Program-made: the position numbers and the translations under genes
Assembly: GCA_028707065.1 (NCBI GenBank)
Contig: JAQTUZ010000002.1
Location: 6,513-70,512, forward strand
From: Patescibacteria group bacterium
GTDB taxonomy: Bacteria > Patescibacteriota > Patescibacteriia > Patescibacteriales > WJLG01
Reading direction: 5' to 3'
DNA length: 64,000 nucleotides
The notes under the pieces: generated by a model
What the model was told of the DNA's origin: nothing
Databases searched by the model: none
What the model saw: the letters and a program-made list of their open reading frames with translations, nothing else
Shown here: positions 15,101 through 23,340 of the stretch, in pieces
Layout of the letters: every line of letters begins with the position of its first letter
Numbering within the stretch: the stretch's first letter is position 1

Positions 15101-18100
15101 GGCAATGCGTGAAGCCGACCGACCAGAACGCCAATTGCGGAGATTTTTACGCTTGGGAAGGCAGCGGCACTGGGGGCCAGCAATTGGTCAAGTACAGTTT
15201 GAAAACCAATGGCGGCGCGCCGGCCGTAACCAGCGACGACCAGGCTTTGTGCAACCCCTTTGTTTATGGTCTTAATCCTTTGAACCCGGCCGCTAATGCC
15301 GATTGCCGCCAATTTTACGATAACCAGGGCAATATTTCCTTCCATCTTTATTCCCGCACGATCTCTTGCAGCTCTAATTGTTCCGTTTATCGCCTGACTA
15401 AAAAAGATAAACTTGATAATATCAATAATTCGGCCGATTGCGCCGGCGGCAATTGGGATGACGCGGCCCAGGCCTGTTATGTCTGCAAAAACGGCGGGAC
15501 TTGGAACGCAAATCAGAACGCCTGCGTCTATCAGGCGCTTCCGGCCGGAAGCGCGGCTTGCTCGGCGGCTGACAACGGCTGCGCCGAATACAACGGCAAT
15601 AGCGGCGCCAATACGCAGAATGTTTTCTATAATGATTTTGAAAACGGTACGGCAGACGGCTGGAGCGGCGGGTACGGCGCCAGCGTCAACACTTCCGCTT
15701 ATATCGCCGGCACTCATTCCTTCTCATTCACCAGCGACATCGTTAAGACTATCGGCGCTTCCGCGGTCGTGCCCGGTTCGTCTTACGTCCTGACTTTCTT
15801 GGCGAAAACCGACAATGTCGATGTTACTTTGAGCGCCGAACTTAATAATCAAACCGGCGGGGGCGTGTTGTCTTTTGATAAATCAGTCACGGTCAAACCG
15901 AGCGAATGGCGGATCTATAGTTTGAGCTTGCCGGTGGTCAATCAAATAGTCGCGGCAGGTGAAACTTTGACCATTAAAGTCGTTTCCGGTTCGGACCAAA
16001 TTTACCTCGATAATATCCAGCTGATGAAAATATCCGATCGTTATTATTTGGTCGATGGCTCCTGGAAAACTCCGGCGGTTTGCGATCAGGATACCAATGG
16101 CAATGCTTATCCTTTGTTCACTTTGGGCTGCGCTTCTTATAATAATCTTGCCGGCCAGACGAAATATCTGCATAGCTTTGACCATATTTGCCAGGCTTCG
16201 GCCGCCGGCTGCGAGGCGATCATCGACACGCAGAATACCGATTCGGCCGACGCGGATATTTCTCACGGCGCGACCACGACTATTGCCGCGGATCGCGTGG
16301 TCAATGTTGTTTACGATCAGAATTTGCTTTGCGATAAAACTAATCAGGGCTGCGAGCGCCTGGGTTTGAAAAAACCCTATGCCGGTCAATCAACTTTCCA
16401 GGATACTTATGTCCTTAATAATCCCCAGCTTTACAGTTCCACTCTTTGCTCTCAGCGGGGAGTCGGCTGCGATCTGTACACTTATACTTTGGGCGCCGGA
16501 CAGAGCGTGTCGCAAGCTTATTTCAAAGACCCGGGCGATCAGGTTTGCGAATGGCGCCAGTCGCCGGGAGTCGCTTCCAACAACGGCTGGGGCTGGTATA
16601 AAAAGAAAGTAACGAAATGCGGCGGTGTTGCCGCCGGCGAGGTTTGCGTTTTCAATAAGGATTGCCCGACCGGTTCCTCCTGCGCTCTGGAAAAAACCGA
16701 CACTCCCTGCCCCACGGAAAAATTAAAAACTATCGGTTCGGGCGGCTTAGGCAATGAAGTATTCCAGCCGGGAAGCGACGGGATTTATCAATGGACCGGC
16801 CTTTGTCCGGATACGCAATCAAGCTGCGCGGAATATATCGATCCGGTCAGTGATTTTTCCGGCAATCAGGTGGCCAACGCCGACTTCAGCCAGCATATCG
16901 GCAGTTTGGATGTCGCGGATGATTGGGAGAAAACCAGCGGAATTCAAAATATCAACTTGGAAGGCGGAACTTTATACGTTTTGGCGGTCGAAGGGCAAAA
17001 CACCGCCACCTTGGATTTCAGCACTTTCATTTCCGGCGTTAAACCTTTCCATGTTCTCCAGACTGACAATAGTTTTGCTCCGGCGATTGAAAAGATTCAA
17101 GTTGGTCCTGATTCCAGTGAACTATTTTATACCGATAACACGATAAAAGAAATAAAAGTCGCTAACGTGGCGCCTCGCGCTAATGGCAATCAAAGCACAA
17201 TCATTTTAAGAAAGGCCATTGTCAATTATCATTTGTCCGAGGGTGCTGACGGCGTTGATAATAGTTCTTGCACTCAAGGCGCCAATCCTTCGGCCGGTTG
17301 CGTTTTCTTCAATGAAAGATCGGCGACTGTCTCGGGAACGTTTAAGCCTTTGGATCCGGGTCCGACGATCGACCCTTGGGCAAGCTATGGCATTACCGGC
17401 ATTAATTCCGGCGCGATCAATTTGGCCAACGGCCCCCTGCCGCTTAAAGTGAATCCGGACCGGGATTGCGCCCAATGGCTTGCTTGTAAGAGCTATATCA
17501 AAGATGAAAATACCGACAGCAATGTTTGTTTTGACATTGCCAATTGCAACCGCCTTGACGATTCCGGCAGCTGCGCCAACTTCACGGTTTTGGCCGACAA
17601 TCAAACCGGTAATCGCATTTTCCCGACCTCTACCGCGGAAAATATCGAGACGATCAAAAATCTGACCGGTTATGTCAGGGTCGGCTTTCCGACTGTCAAT
17701 CCCTTGACTGATCTGAGGGATATTCCCGATGATCTGCTTAATCCGGGAGTAATGGCGCAAGTCGGAGCGAACGTGATCATTCCCAACGGCGATTTTGAAT
17801 TAGCTACGGTAACTTCGACGCCGATCAATGCCGGCGTGAACTGGATCGGCAATCCGTCCAATTGGACGCCGGCAGGCGGCGGAAAATGGTCGCGGGACAC
17901 GGCTGACTCGCTCTACTCGGTGATTTCCGATCCGGAGACCGCGCAAAATTACAGTTTCTTTGCTGATCGCCAGAAAAGCGCGAACACTTATCCGATGATC
18001 GGCAAATCATTCCTGCGCTATAATGCCACCAATCGCGACGGCACTTCTCCTAATTTCCCCAAGTCTGACGTAATTTACGTCCAATCGGGCAAAGATTATT

Positions 18101-20631
18101 ATCTTAGTTTTTACGTTGATACTTTTAGCCTAAAGACCGGTTCGGATCTTACTCCTTATGCCCAGGTCAGCATTCTGGACGGTAATGGCAAAGTGATCGA
18201 TTCGGTAACGCAAGACTACCAGGACGGCTGGATATTGAAAACGCAAAAATTCCGCGCCACTTCCAAGACGATCAGATTGCTTTTGGGCGCCACCGCTTCT
18301 TCGTCCGGCAATGTCTATATTGACGATATCGAGATTACCCCGGTGCTCTTGGCGCGCCAAGCTTCCAATTATCATGACGCCACGATCGGTAGCGGCCAGT
18401 CGGCGAATATTCCGGCTCTGTATGATCGGCAAACCTGCCGGCTTTACCCGCAAGAAAATTCTTTAGCTTGTGATTATTATGACAGCGCCGGCATTCTGCA
18501 AAAAGGCGACCGCGGCTATTGTCTGCAATATGATCGCTTCCCGGGCGACCCGAACGCCTGCATTCTCTGGTGGCCGATCGACAAGGTCAAAGGCGCCGGC
18601 ATCCAAACCGGCCAGGCCAAGGGCTATTCCGGGCGCGCGCCATTATACTATTGCACTAAATCCCTCTATACCGATCTTTTTTTCACCCCCGCCGACTTTA
18701 AATATTTCAGCCCTTCGCAATTCGATTATAAAATTACCACTAACAACGGCGCTGGATTTGGGAAGATAGAGGGGAATATTAATCCTGAACCGAGTTGCTG
18801 TTCTATTGTGTGCTCTATTTTTTCTAGTATTTTTGGTTTTGTTCCCGGGTTGGCCGATCTTTTTGACACTATTAATTTTGAGCATCCAGAAAAGATAAGC
18901 AGCGACTTAAGTACTATTATCTCCGATGGAGGCAATGATAAACCTTTGAATTATGGAACAAATTACATTCAAGTAACCCTTATTAAGAATGATCTTAGCT
19001 GTCTCACCAAAGAGCTCCCCTCGTTGTTTCAGTTTTCCGGAAAATATCACTATAAAAATGGCGATCAAACAGTAACCAAAAGTTTTGATTTTGTCCAAAT
19101 GTTTAAAGATTTGCAGGGAAAGAGCTGCGGTAACGGGACTTGTGCCGCCGATCAAGAGCAGATCCACAAATATTCTGACGGAAGCACTTTTCAAGTCTTG
19201 TATAGCTGCGGAACAGCAGCAAATAATGCTCATGACAATGGCGTGCAAGTTAAGTTGATAGGCTCCCAGGAGTTTATTAATTATGCTTCTTGCACGGGAG
19301 GCGATAAATTTGTAAGGTTAACCTATACATTTAACGCTCCCAGCGGTCCCGCTTGCGCGCAGATAGCCAATGTGGTTAATATTGACGGTCAAAACAAAGC
19401 TTGGGCAGAAAGAGTGCGGCAAGGAAGTTCTTATGCGGGGGCTACCTGCAATAAAAATATGCCCCCCGCCTTTTTTAACGCCAGTTTTGATCCTAGTCCG
19501 CCAGTCTTTGTTCCTGCTCCGACAACGGATCCCGCCGTCATCAGCAAGCTAATTCCAATTGATCCCCCGGGGAGTCCTGGCGGCAGTTCTTGTTCGTCGG
19601 TCGCGGCATCGCCTCCTTTTGGTTCGGCCAATTCGCCAGCCGGCGATTTAAGCGATTTGAGCGATCCGGCTGTTTGGAAAAATGCTTTGCCGTATTGGTC
19701 GTTGACTCCCGAGGAATCCGCAATTAATGGTTCGATGGGGCAGCTTTATGACAAGACTGATTTAAGCTATCTTTTCGCGCAAAGTAACGGCATTTGGAAT
19801 TGGGATTCAACCAAGGGTTATTATGTTAAAGCTCCTGATACGGAAAATTGGTCGGCGCCTGCCAACAGATGCGATAATAATGTCCGGTCGGCTTGTTATC
19901 AATATCCTGCTTATGGCGTGGCAGAAACTATGAGGCATATGGTTTGCATCGCTGATCATACTGCCCTGCCGGATTGCCTGCAATTTCTCCGTATCGCCCC
20001 TCCGCTCGGAACTCCTGACTGCAATTGCGCCGTGGCCCCGACAGTTTCCAATATCAGCCTGAATAGCGCCGGCTCGGCTTATATTTACGGGCGGGGATTT
20101 GTGAATCTGACATTCAATTCCCAAGTTGATTCGGAACAAGCGCCACTGGTTTCCTATTCGATTGATTGGGGCGACGGCCTATCTTCGGCGCTGGAAGTTT
20201 CCGGCGCGGATATGAATCCTCGTCCGCCCGGCACGCCGCCGCATTCCGCCTATCACGCCTATGATTATTACGATCTGCTGAACAAATATAATAAGGGCGA
20301 GAGTGATAGTGATGGATTTAAAACGCTGCCGACCCTGGAGTGCAAAGATTCCATCGGCCAATGTGTTGTCAAACCCCGGGTCAAGATCGTCGATAATTGG
20401 GGCTGGTGTTCGGAGGGGGTGACCGGAAATCCTTGCCCGACAACCGATATTGGAAATACTATAAGCGGCCTTTGTATGAATTCCGCTGGAAGTATTGAAA
20501 ATCCGGCTAGGCGTTGCTGGAGTAATAGCACGATTAAAAACGGAAGCAAAATTTGTACCAATAATAATTATCCTTATTGCGGCGATGGCTGGTATGAGTC
20601 AAGCGGACAAATAATCGTCTACAAACAATGA
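12181..20631 (+). CDS. giant Cys-rich extracellular protein (2816 aa) with CBM-like and PKD-like modules
   Basis: Uninterrupted 8451-nt ORF. N-terminal TM/signal (LIKIFATVFLIFFLSSSFLFMAPAPARA). Recurrent beta-sandwich starts (NLIINSDFSLD, NVFYNDFENGTADGW, NQVANADFSQ, VIIPNGDFELA) resemble CBM4/9-type modules. There is a PKD-like YSIDWGDG..HAYHAY near the C-terminus. Cys density is very high. A terminator follows directly. Confidence 0.85.
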   Translation: MLLQGDPIKRGKKGKLIKIFATVFLIFFLSSSFLFMAPAPARANLPVVDLLGNALTTGKTIWDKIQNVLKVLLVKVAGSAVESALSNTLKTIVYDEATYLGTGREGQKPLWETGNIGTIMGNIGDNAAGNFISQLEKQFGVNLCQPSLPTVKLSIGLGLVGAKRPPQPDCTASTMVKNWDATLKAFASQNRQDFLKQFAGIFDVTGGKSDLSAALSIQSGFIEAQATATANKQLSMLAGSAGLMLDNRNVAGTVKGIPGKSQQDFNNTMAAEKASLMKSTQSDLSDLVSIFIKQLSITGIQTIMKKFTESLNQPAANSSISNPYAAPQSGGIAAAQGVLRKIIEPQFSSKADYDILQQLSVCNVGVLGGVGPTDCVIDDSFSQAISNRKTVGQAFVNDTKPFGFIAGSANNSAPIEPSYTQGYPYRSMSILRKYRIIPVGWELAAQYIEAHPEVISGNHNNLKSLIACYDPNDLYRGYNDNGDEKWCQGLVDPTWVLKAPQNYCSKQGYGPQILSGQSVSGGVDADGKALQTEFQVVRSDSYCGDEKSCIKENDDGSCKYFGYCTEDKRLWKFGASGSCDAQYNTCQTFTDSQGGRVSYLKNSIQFCDQINAGCHEYAIAAPEGYNSATENLDWTKSPDSVFLNKSAKTCDQSNEGCHEFLRFSSGLGTNLIINSDFSLDTDGNAPAHWPADVLARVSGANPGGHSGNVVQINSNSPEAFYTKDWSASAAGFISAFPAGFVMQPEVSYTLSAEVNLQSGDSVTIGIGRRESTWKEARTKVKGWQPLSITLLNNNDILANEIRIYGTSANGTAVFYVANIKFEVSTGPTAYSAYRGNNLVYEKFMPDYLRDACYADPANGDFRLKDKLTRPSACDNFARQCNADEVGCDSYTRNDNPGQQPIPAAITEVDNCPAKCVGYNTYIQSQNNFTTAHVKYFIPSTAKACSAASVGCQEFTNLASSTAGGERKEYYSYLRQCVKPTDQNANCGDFYAWEGSGTGGQQLVKYSLKTNGGAPAVTSDDQALCNPFVYGLNPLNPAANADCRQFYDNQGNISFHLYSRTISCSSNCSVYRLTKKDKLDNINNSADCAGGNWDDAAQACYVCKNGGTWNANQNACVYQALPAGSAACSAADNGCAEYNGNSGANTQNVFYNDFENGTADGWSGGYGASVNTSAYIAGTHSFSFTSDIVKTIGASAVVPGSSYVLTFLAKTDNVDVTLSAELNNQTGGGVLSFDKSVTVKPSEWRIYSLSLPVVNQIVAAGETLTIKVVSGSDQIYLDNIQLMKISDRYYLVDGSWKTPAVCDQDTNGNAYPLFTLGCASYNNLAGQTKYLHSFDHICQASAAGCEAIIDTQNTDSADADISHGATTTIAADRVVNVVYDQNLLCDKTNQGCERLGLKKPYAGQSTFQDTYVLNNPQLYSSTLCSQRGVGCDLYTYTLGAGQSVSQAYFKDPGDQVCEWRQSPGVASNNGWGWYKKKVTKCGGVAAGEVCVFNKDCPTGSSCALEKTDTPCPTEKLKTIGSGGLGNEVFQPGSDGIYQWTGLCPDTQSSCAEYIDPVSDFSGNQVANADFSQHIGSLDVADDWEKTSGIQNINLEGGTLYVLAVEGQNTATLDFSTFISGVKPFHVLQTDNSFAPAIEKIQVGPDSSELFYTDNTIKEIKVANVAPRANGNQSTIILRKAIVNYHLSEGADGVDNSSCTQGANPSAGCVFFNERSATVSGTFKPLDPGPTIDPWASYGITGINSGAINLANGPLPLKVNPDRDCAQWLACKSYIKDENTDSNVCFDIANCNRLDDSGSCANFTVLADNQTGNRIFPTSTAENIETIKNLTGYVRVGFPTVNPLTDLRDIPDDLLNPGVMAQVGANVIIPNGDFELATVTSTPINAGVNWIGNPSNWTPAGGGKWSRDTADSLYSVISDPETAQNYSFFADRQKSANTYPMIGKSFLRYNATNRDGTSPNFPKSDVIYVQSGKDYYLSFYVDTFSLKTGSDLTPYAQVSILDGNGKVIDSVTQDYQDGWILKTQKFRATSKTIRLLLGATASSSGNVYIDDIEITPVLLARQASNYHDATIGSGQSANIPALYDRQTCRLYPQENSLACDYYDSAGILQKGDRGYCLQYDRFPGDPNACILWWPIDKVKGAGIQTGQAKGYSGRAPLYYCTKSLYTDLFFTPADFKYFSPSQFDYKITTNNGAGFGKIEGNINPEPSCCSIVCSIFSSIFGFVPGLADLFDTINFEHPEKISSDLSTIISDGGNDKPLNYGTNYIQVTLIKNDLSCLTKELPSLFQFSGKYHYKNGDQTVTKSFDFVQMFKDLQGKSCGNGTCAADQEQIHKYSDGSTFQVLYSCGTAANNAHDNGVQVKLIGSQEFINYASCTGGDKFVRLTYTFNAPSGPACAQIANVVNIDGQNKAWAERVRQGSSYAGATCNKNMPPAFFNASFDPSPPVFVPAPTTDPAVISKLIPIDPPGSPGGSSCSSVAASPPFGSANSPAGDLSDLSDPAVWKNALPYWSLTPEESAINGSMGQLYDKTDLSYLFAQSNGIWNWDSTKGYYVKAPDTENWSAPANRCDNNVRSACYQYPAYGVAETMRHMVCIADHTALPDCLQFLRIAPPLGTPDCNCAVAPTVSNISLNSAGSAYIYGRGFVNLTFNSQVDSEQAPLVSYSIDWGDGLSSALEVSGADMNPRPPGTPPHSAYHAYDYYDLLNKYNKGESDSDGFKTLPTLECKDSIGQCVVKPRVKIVDNWGWCSEGVTGNPCPTTDIGNTISGLCMNSAGSIENPARRCWSNSTIKNGSKICTNNNYPYCGDGWYESSGQIIVYKQ

Positions 20632-20639
20632 AAAATAAG

Positions 20640-20663
20640 ACCGCAATTAATATTGCGGTTTTA
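20640..20663 (+). terminator. Rho-independent terminator of the giant gene
   Basis: accgcaat-taat-attgcggt followed by ttt, 9 nt after the stop. Confidence 0.7.
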
Positions 20664-20886
20664 TGTTATCGCTTCGCGACCCGCGCTACGAATGCGGGAC
20701 ATCCGAATGTTTTTCTGATTTTAGATTCGGACAACCGGTTTGTTTTTGCGATAATAATTTTTTATTTAAAATTAGCTAAGATATCTTAATTTTATTGACC
20801 GTTCCTTGAAAATATGCTATTGTTATAATAGCAATTTATACCCTGCAAAAGGGATAAAGTGATCTTTCAAAAATGAGAAGGAAATG

Positions 20887-20924
20887 TCCCCCTCCTTTTT
20901 AAGGAGGTGTTAGGGGTGGTTTGG
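20887..20924. repeat. family B hairpin element (intergenic)
   Basis: tccccctcctttttaaggaggtgttaggggtggtttgg. Confidence 0.8.
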
Positions 20925-20958
20925 TAAACACAGTAAAATTAACCAATTGGAGGAACAA

Positions 20959-22119
20959 ATGAAAAAGGCATTAGTAACCTTAACGGTTCTGGTTTTCGCG
21001 TTTGTGTCAGCGGCGCAGGATTTTCCCGCGTCGGATTGGAAAGTTCTTAATCTTGTCGGTAACGCCGGCGGTACTCATTTTATCAAAAAGAGTCCCGCGG
21101 GCGCATATTGTCTTGATGGGGCGAATATTGATGCTTCCACCGGGGCAGGTCTTCCTGATTTTCCCCTAAATATTGCCAGAGACGTTGATTGGGATTCGGC
21201 AGGCAACACATACGTAGCTAGCGATAATGGCCTTCGCCGTTATGGTCAGAAGGATACTTCCATCTATTTGATCACGAACGGGATGCCCGCCAATTCGCTG
21301 CGGACGCTGGAGTGGGACAAAGCGAACAACCGTTTGATTGTCGGAACGGACAATGGCTTGTCGGTCGTAAAGCAGGACGCATCAGGCAAACCGCTGTCAT
21401 ACCAGAACTTGTTGGGCGGACAAACTTTCCATAAAGTGGGAACTTATGGCCAGGAAATGTGGGCCGTAAATTCTCTTCGTGTTTATCATATTGTGGGAAG
21501 CGACACCGCTGTCTATGACACGGGTAATTCGACCATCAAATATCCCTACGGCGCCTTTGTCGCTCCAAGCGGCAATGTCTACGTCGGAAGTGATAGTATG
21601 GTTGGCGCCGGCGGCTATGGGTATATCGCCGTTTTTGATCGGCAAGCCGGTTCATGGAGTAAAATCATTCCTGACTCCGGAGCGACCAAAGATTCGCGGA
21701 TTCCGAGCGTTGTAGTTGATAACCAGAATGCTTTGTGGCTAACTTGCATGAAGTATCTGGTACGCGTCGATCTTTCGACGATGAAGCAACGCCGATGGCC
21801 GCTTGATGGAAGCGTAGTGCCCTGGCTCAATGACGAGGGAAGTTCACTGGCGATTCCCACTCTCGGCCTGACTATCGACGGCTATCTGCTGATCGCGGGT
21901 AATGGCGCCATCGCTGAAAGGAAAAGCACTAACGCCGTGCGTTGGTATCCGGTCCTCGCGCCTAAAGTCGCCCGCGGGAGTTTCAAAATCATCGGCCAGA
22001 TCGACCCGCTCGGTCGGCTCGTCAAATCCTTCTCGCAAAATTCGGCTTCCGGGGTCAGCTTTACGCTTATCCGGACAACCGAAGGACTGCAAGCGGTTAA
22101 AACGCTTATCGCTCGATAA
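20959..22119 (+). CDS. secreted beta-propeller-like repeat protein
   Basis: The ORF track starts at TTG 20947. I prefer ATG 20959, preceded by ggagg. Signal peptide MKKALVTLTVLVFAFVSAAQ. Repeated ..DNGL.. blades (VASDNGLRRYG, VGTDNGLSVV) resemble two-component-regulator propeller repeats. Confidence 0.6.
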   Translation: MKKALVTLTVLVFAFVSAAQDFPASDWKVLNLVGNAGGTHFIKKSPAGAYCLDGANIDASTGAGLPDFPLNIARDVDWDSAGNTYVASDNGLRRYGQKDTSIYLITNGMPANSLRTLEWDKANNRLIVGTDNGLSVVKQDASGKPLSYQNLLGGQTFHKVGTYGQEMWAVNSLRVYHIVGSDTAVYDTGNSTIKYPYGAFVAPSGNVYVGSDSMVGAGGYGYIAVFDRQAGSWSKIIPDSGATKDSRIPSVVVDNQNALWLTCMKYLVRVDLSTMKQRRWPLDGSVVPWLNDEGSSLAIPTLGLTIDGYLLIAGNGAIAERKSTNAVRWYPVLAPKVARGSFKIIGQIDPLGRLVKSFSQNSASGVSFTLIRTTEGLQAVKTLIAR

Positions 22120-22180
22120 GCTTCCGCTCGTTCTTCTTCATGGAGCTCGCGACACAATTGTTGCGGGCTCTCTTTTTTTA

Positions 22181-22228
22181 TTCCCCTCCCCGGGAGGGGT
22201 GGCCGCCCCGGGCGGACGGGGTGGGTAT
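22181..22228. repeat. family A double-hairpin element (intergenic)
   Basis: ttcccctccccgggaggggtggccgccccgggcggacggggtgggtat. Confidence 0.85.
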
Positions 22229-22294
22229 ATTCCCGACAATATTAATAAATTTTCAAAAATCTTTGCCACTTTTTTAAAAAAAAGTGGCGCAAAC

Positions 22295-22331
22295 AAACCA
22301 CCCCCAAACCCCTCCTTGGAAAGGAGGGGAG
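22295..22331. repeat. family B hairpin element (intergenic)
   Basis: aaaccacccccaaacccctccttggaaaggaggggag, preceded by the perfect palindrome gccacttttttaaaaaaaagtggc (22265-22288). Confidence 0.85.
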
Positions 22332-22545
22332 ACGCGCAGGGCTTGTTTCCTATCACTCCGCCAGTCCCGCCGCGGCGGGATACGCTGCGTGATGACGGAA
22401 ATTTTCCAATGCGCGCTATAAAGGAATTTATTTAAATTTAGGTATATAAATACTAAAAATTGCAATCAGATAAATTATGGAAAAAGGCGATTTTTATTTG
22501 TCTTGCTCCATGTTTTATGCTCTATGTTCCGTGTCTTTTTCCCTA

Positions 22546-22574
22546 TTCAATATTTTTATCGATTATGTTATAAT
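22546..22574 (+). promoter_or_regulatory. putative promoter of the T4SS-like gene block (extended -10 TGTTATAAT)
   Basis: ttcaat, 17 nt, tataat, with upstream TG. A 110-nt leader follows with two hairpins (gggaa/ttccc + T-run; taggaacgc/gcgttccta). Confidence 0.4.
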
Positions 22575-22683
22575 AAAGTCAGTAAAATGCGCAGGGAAAT
22601 TCCCGTGTTTTTTGGTATTTGTCTAGCTATTTATCGTAGGAACGCAATATCTCGCGTTCCTATAAATTGAACGATCAAATCGC

Positions 22684-23244
22684 ATGCCCAATAAAAATTT
22701 AGAATTACCAAATCAGCCGACTTTGGCGTCCGGGCAAGAGCCAGAAGCCGCCAGACAATTAGGGAGCGAACAGGCGCAAGCCAGAAATGGCAATGTTCCC
22801 GAAAATGAACCGCAAGGGGATACTTTGGAACAGCAGCAAAGCGCGGCCCGGATCGCCCAGGAAAAAGAAGCTTCGGCCAAGACTTCCGCCGGGGAGGAAG
22901 GAGCGCTCGACGCCAAACTCAATCCCACCACCAAACTTTTGCAAGGAGCCGAGCGCATCCTTATTACCCCGGGATTTGCCTTAGGTTTTGCCTGGATCAA
23001 TATTCATGTTTGGTTTTTAAACAGGATTTTCGGCGAAAAATTATTTTGTAATCTGGGCAAGGAATGGGCTCCCACCGATCCGAGCCTGGCCGCGAGTTTA
23101 GGCCTGGGGGAAAAAATACTGCTGATCATTCTGGATGTTGTCGCCTTGGTCGCTTTGCTTGTGGCAGCGTATGTTATTTTGGAAATAGTCAGAAAATTAT
23201 ATCCGTTATTGAAAGTTTATTTATGGTTCGCGCAATTTTCTTAG
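22684..23244 (+). CDS. hypothetical membrane protein, first gene of the T4SS-like block
   Basis: 186 aa. Low-complexity hydrophilic N-terminal half, then two hydrophobic helices (ILITPGFALGFAWINIHVWFL; ILLIILDVVALVALLVAAYVIL). Confidence 0.5.
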   Translation: MPNKNLELPNQPTLASGQEPEAARQLGSEQAQARNGNVPENEPQGDTLEQQQSAARIAQEKEASAKTSAGEEGALDAKLNPTTKLLQGAERILITPGFALGFAWINIHVWFLNRIFGEKLFCNLGKEWAPTDPSLAASLGLGEKILLIILDVVALVALLVAAYVILEIVRKLYPLLKVYLWFAQFS

Positions 23245-23340
23245 GATGGTTTATTCCGCGTCGAATATTTTGAGCAGTTTTTTTTCAGGATTCATTCGGT
23301 ATTTTTTCAGGATATTTTGAAGTCAATAATTTTTTTCGCG

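Noticed and set aside
12474-20561. Many 60-230-aa ORFs on the opposite strand or in other frames inside the giant gene (e.g. 12474..13079, 15022..15717, 15883..16389, 17206..17760).
   Set aside because: All are nested in an uninterrupted 8.45-kb ORF with coherent domain content. Their products are Arg/Ala/Gly-rich low-complexity strings typical of antisense frames in GC-richer coding DNA. None has an SD or any motif.
21844-22465. ORFs 21902..22435(+), 22138..22356(-), 22274..22465(-) downstream of the propeller gene.
   Set aside because: They run across family A/B elements and a palindrome. Their peptides (PPGGRGGY, SLERRG) are the same repeat-derived strings seen elsewhere.
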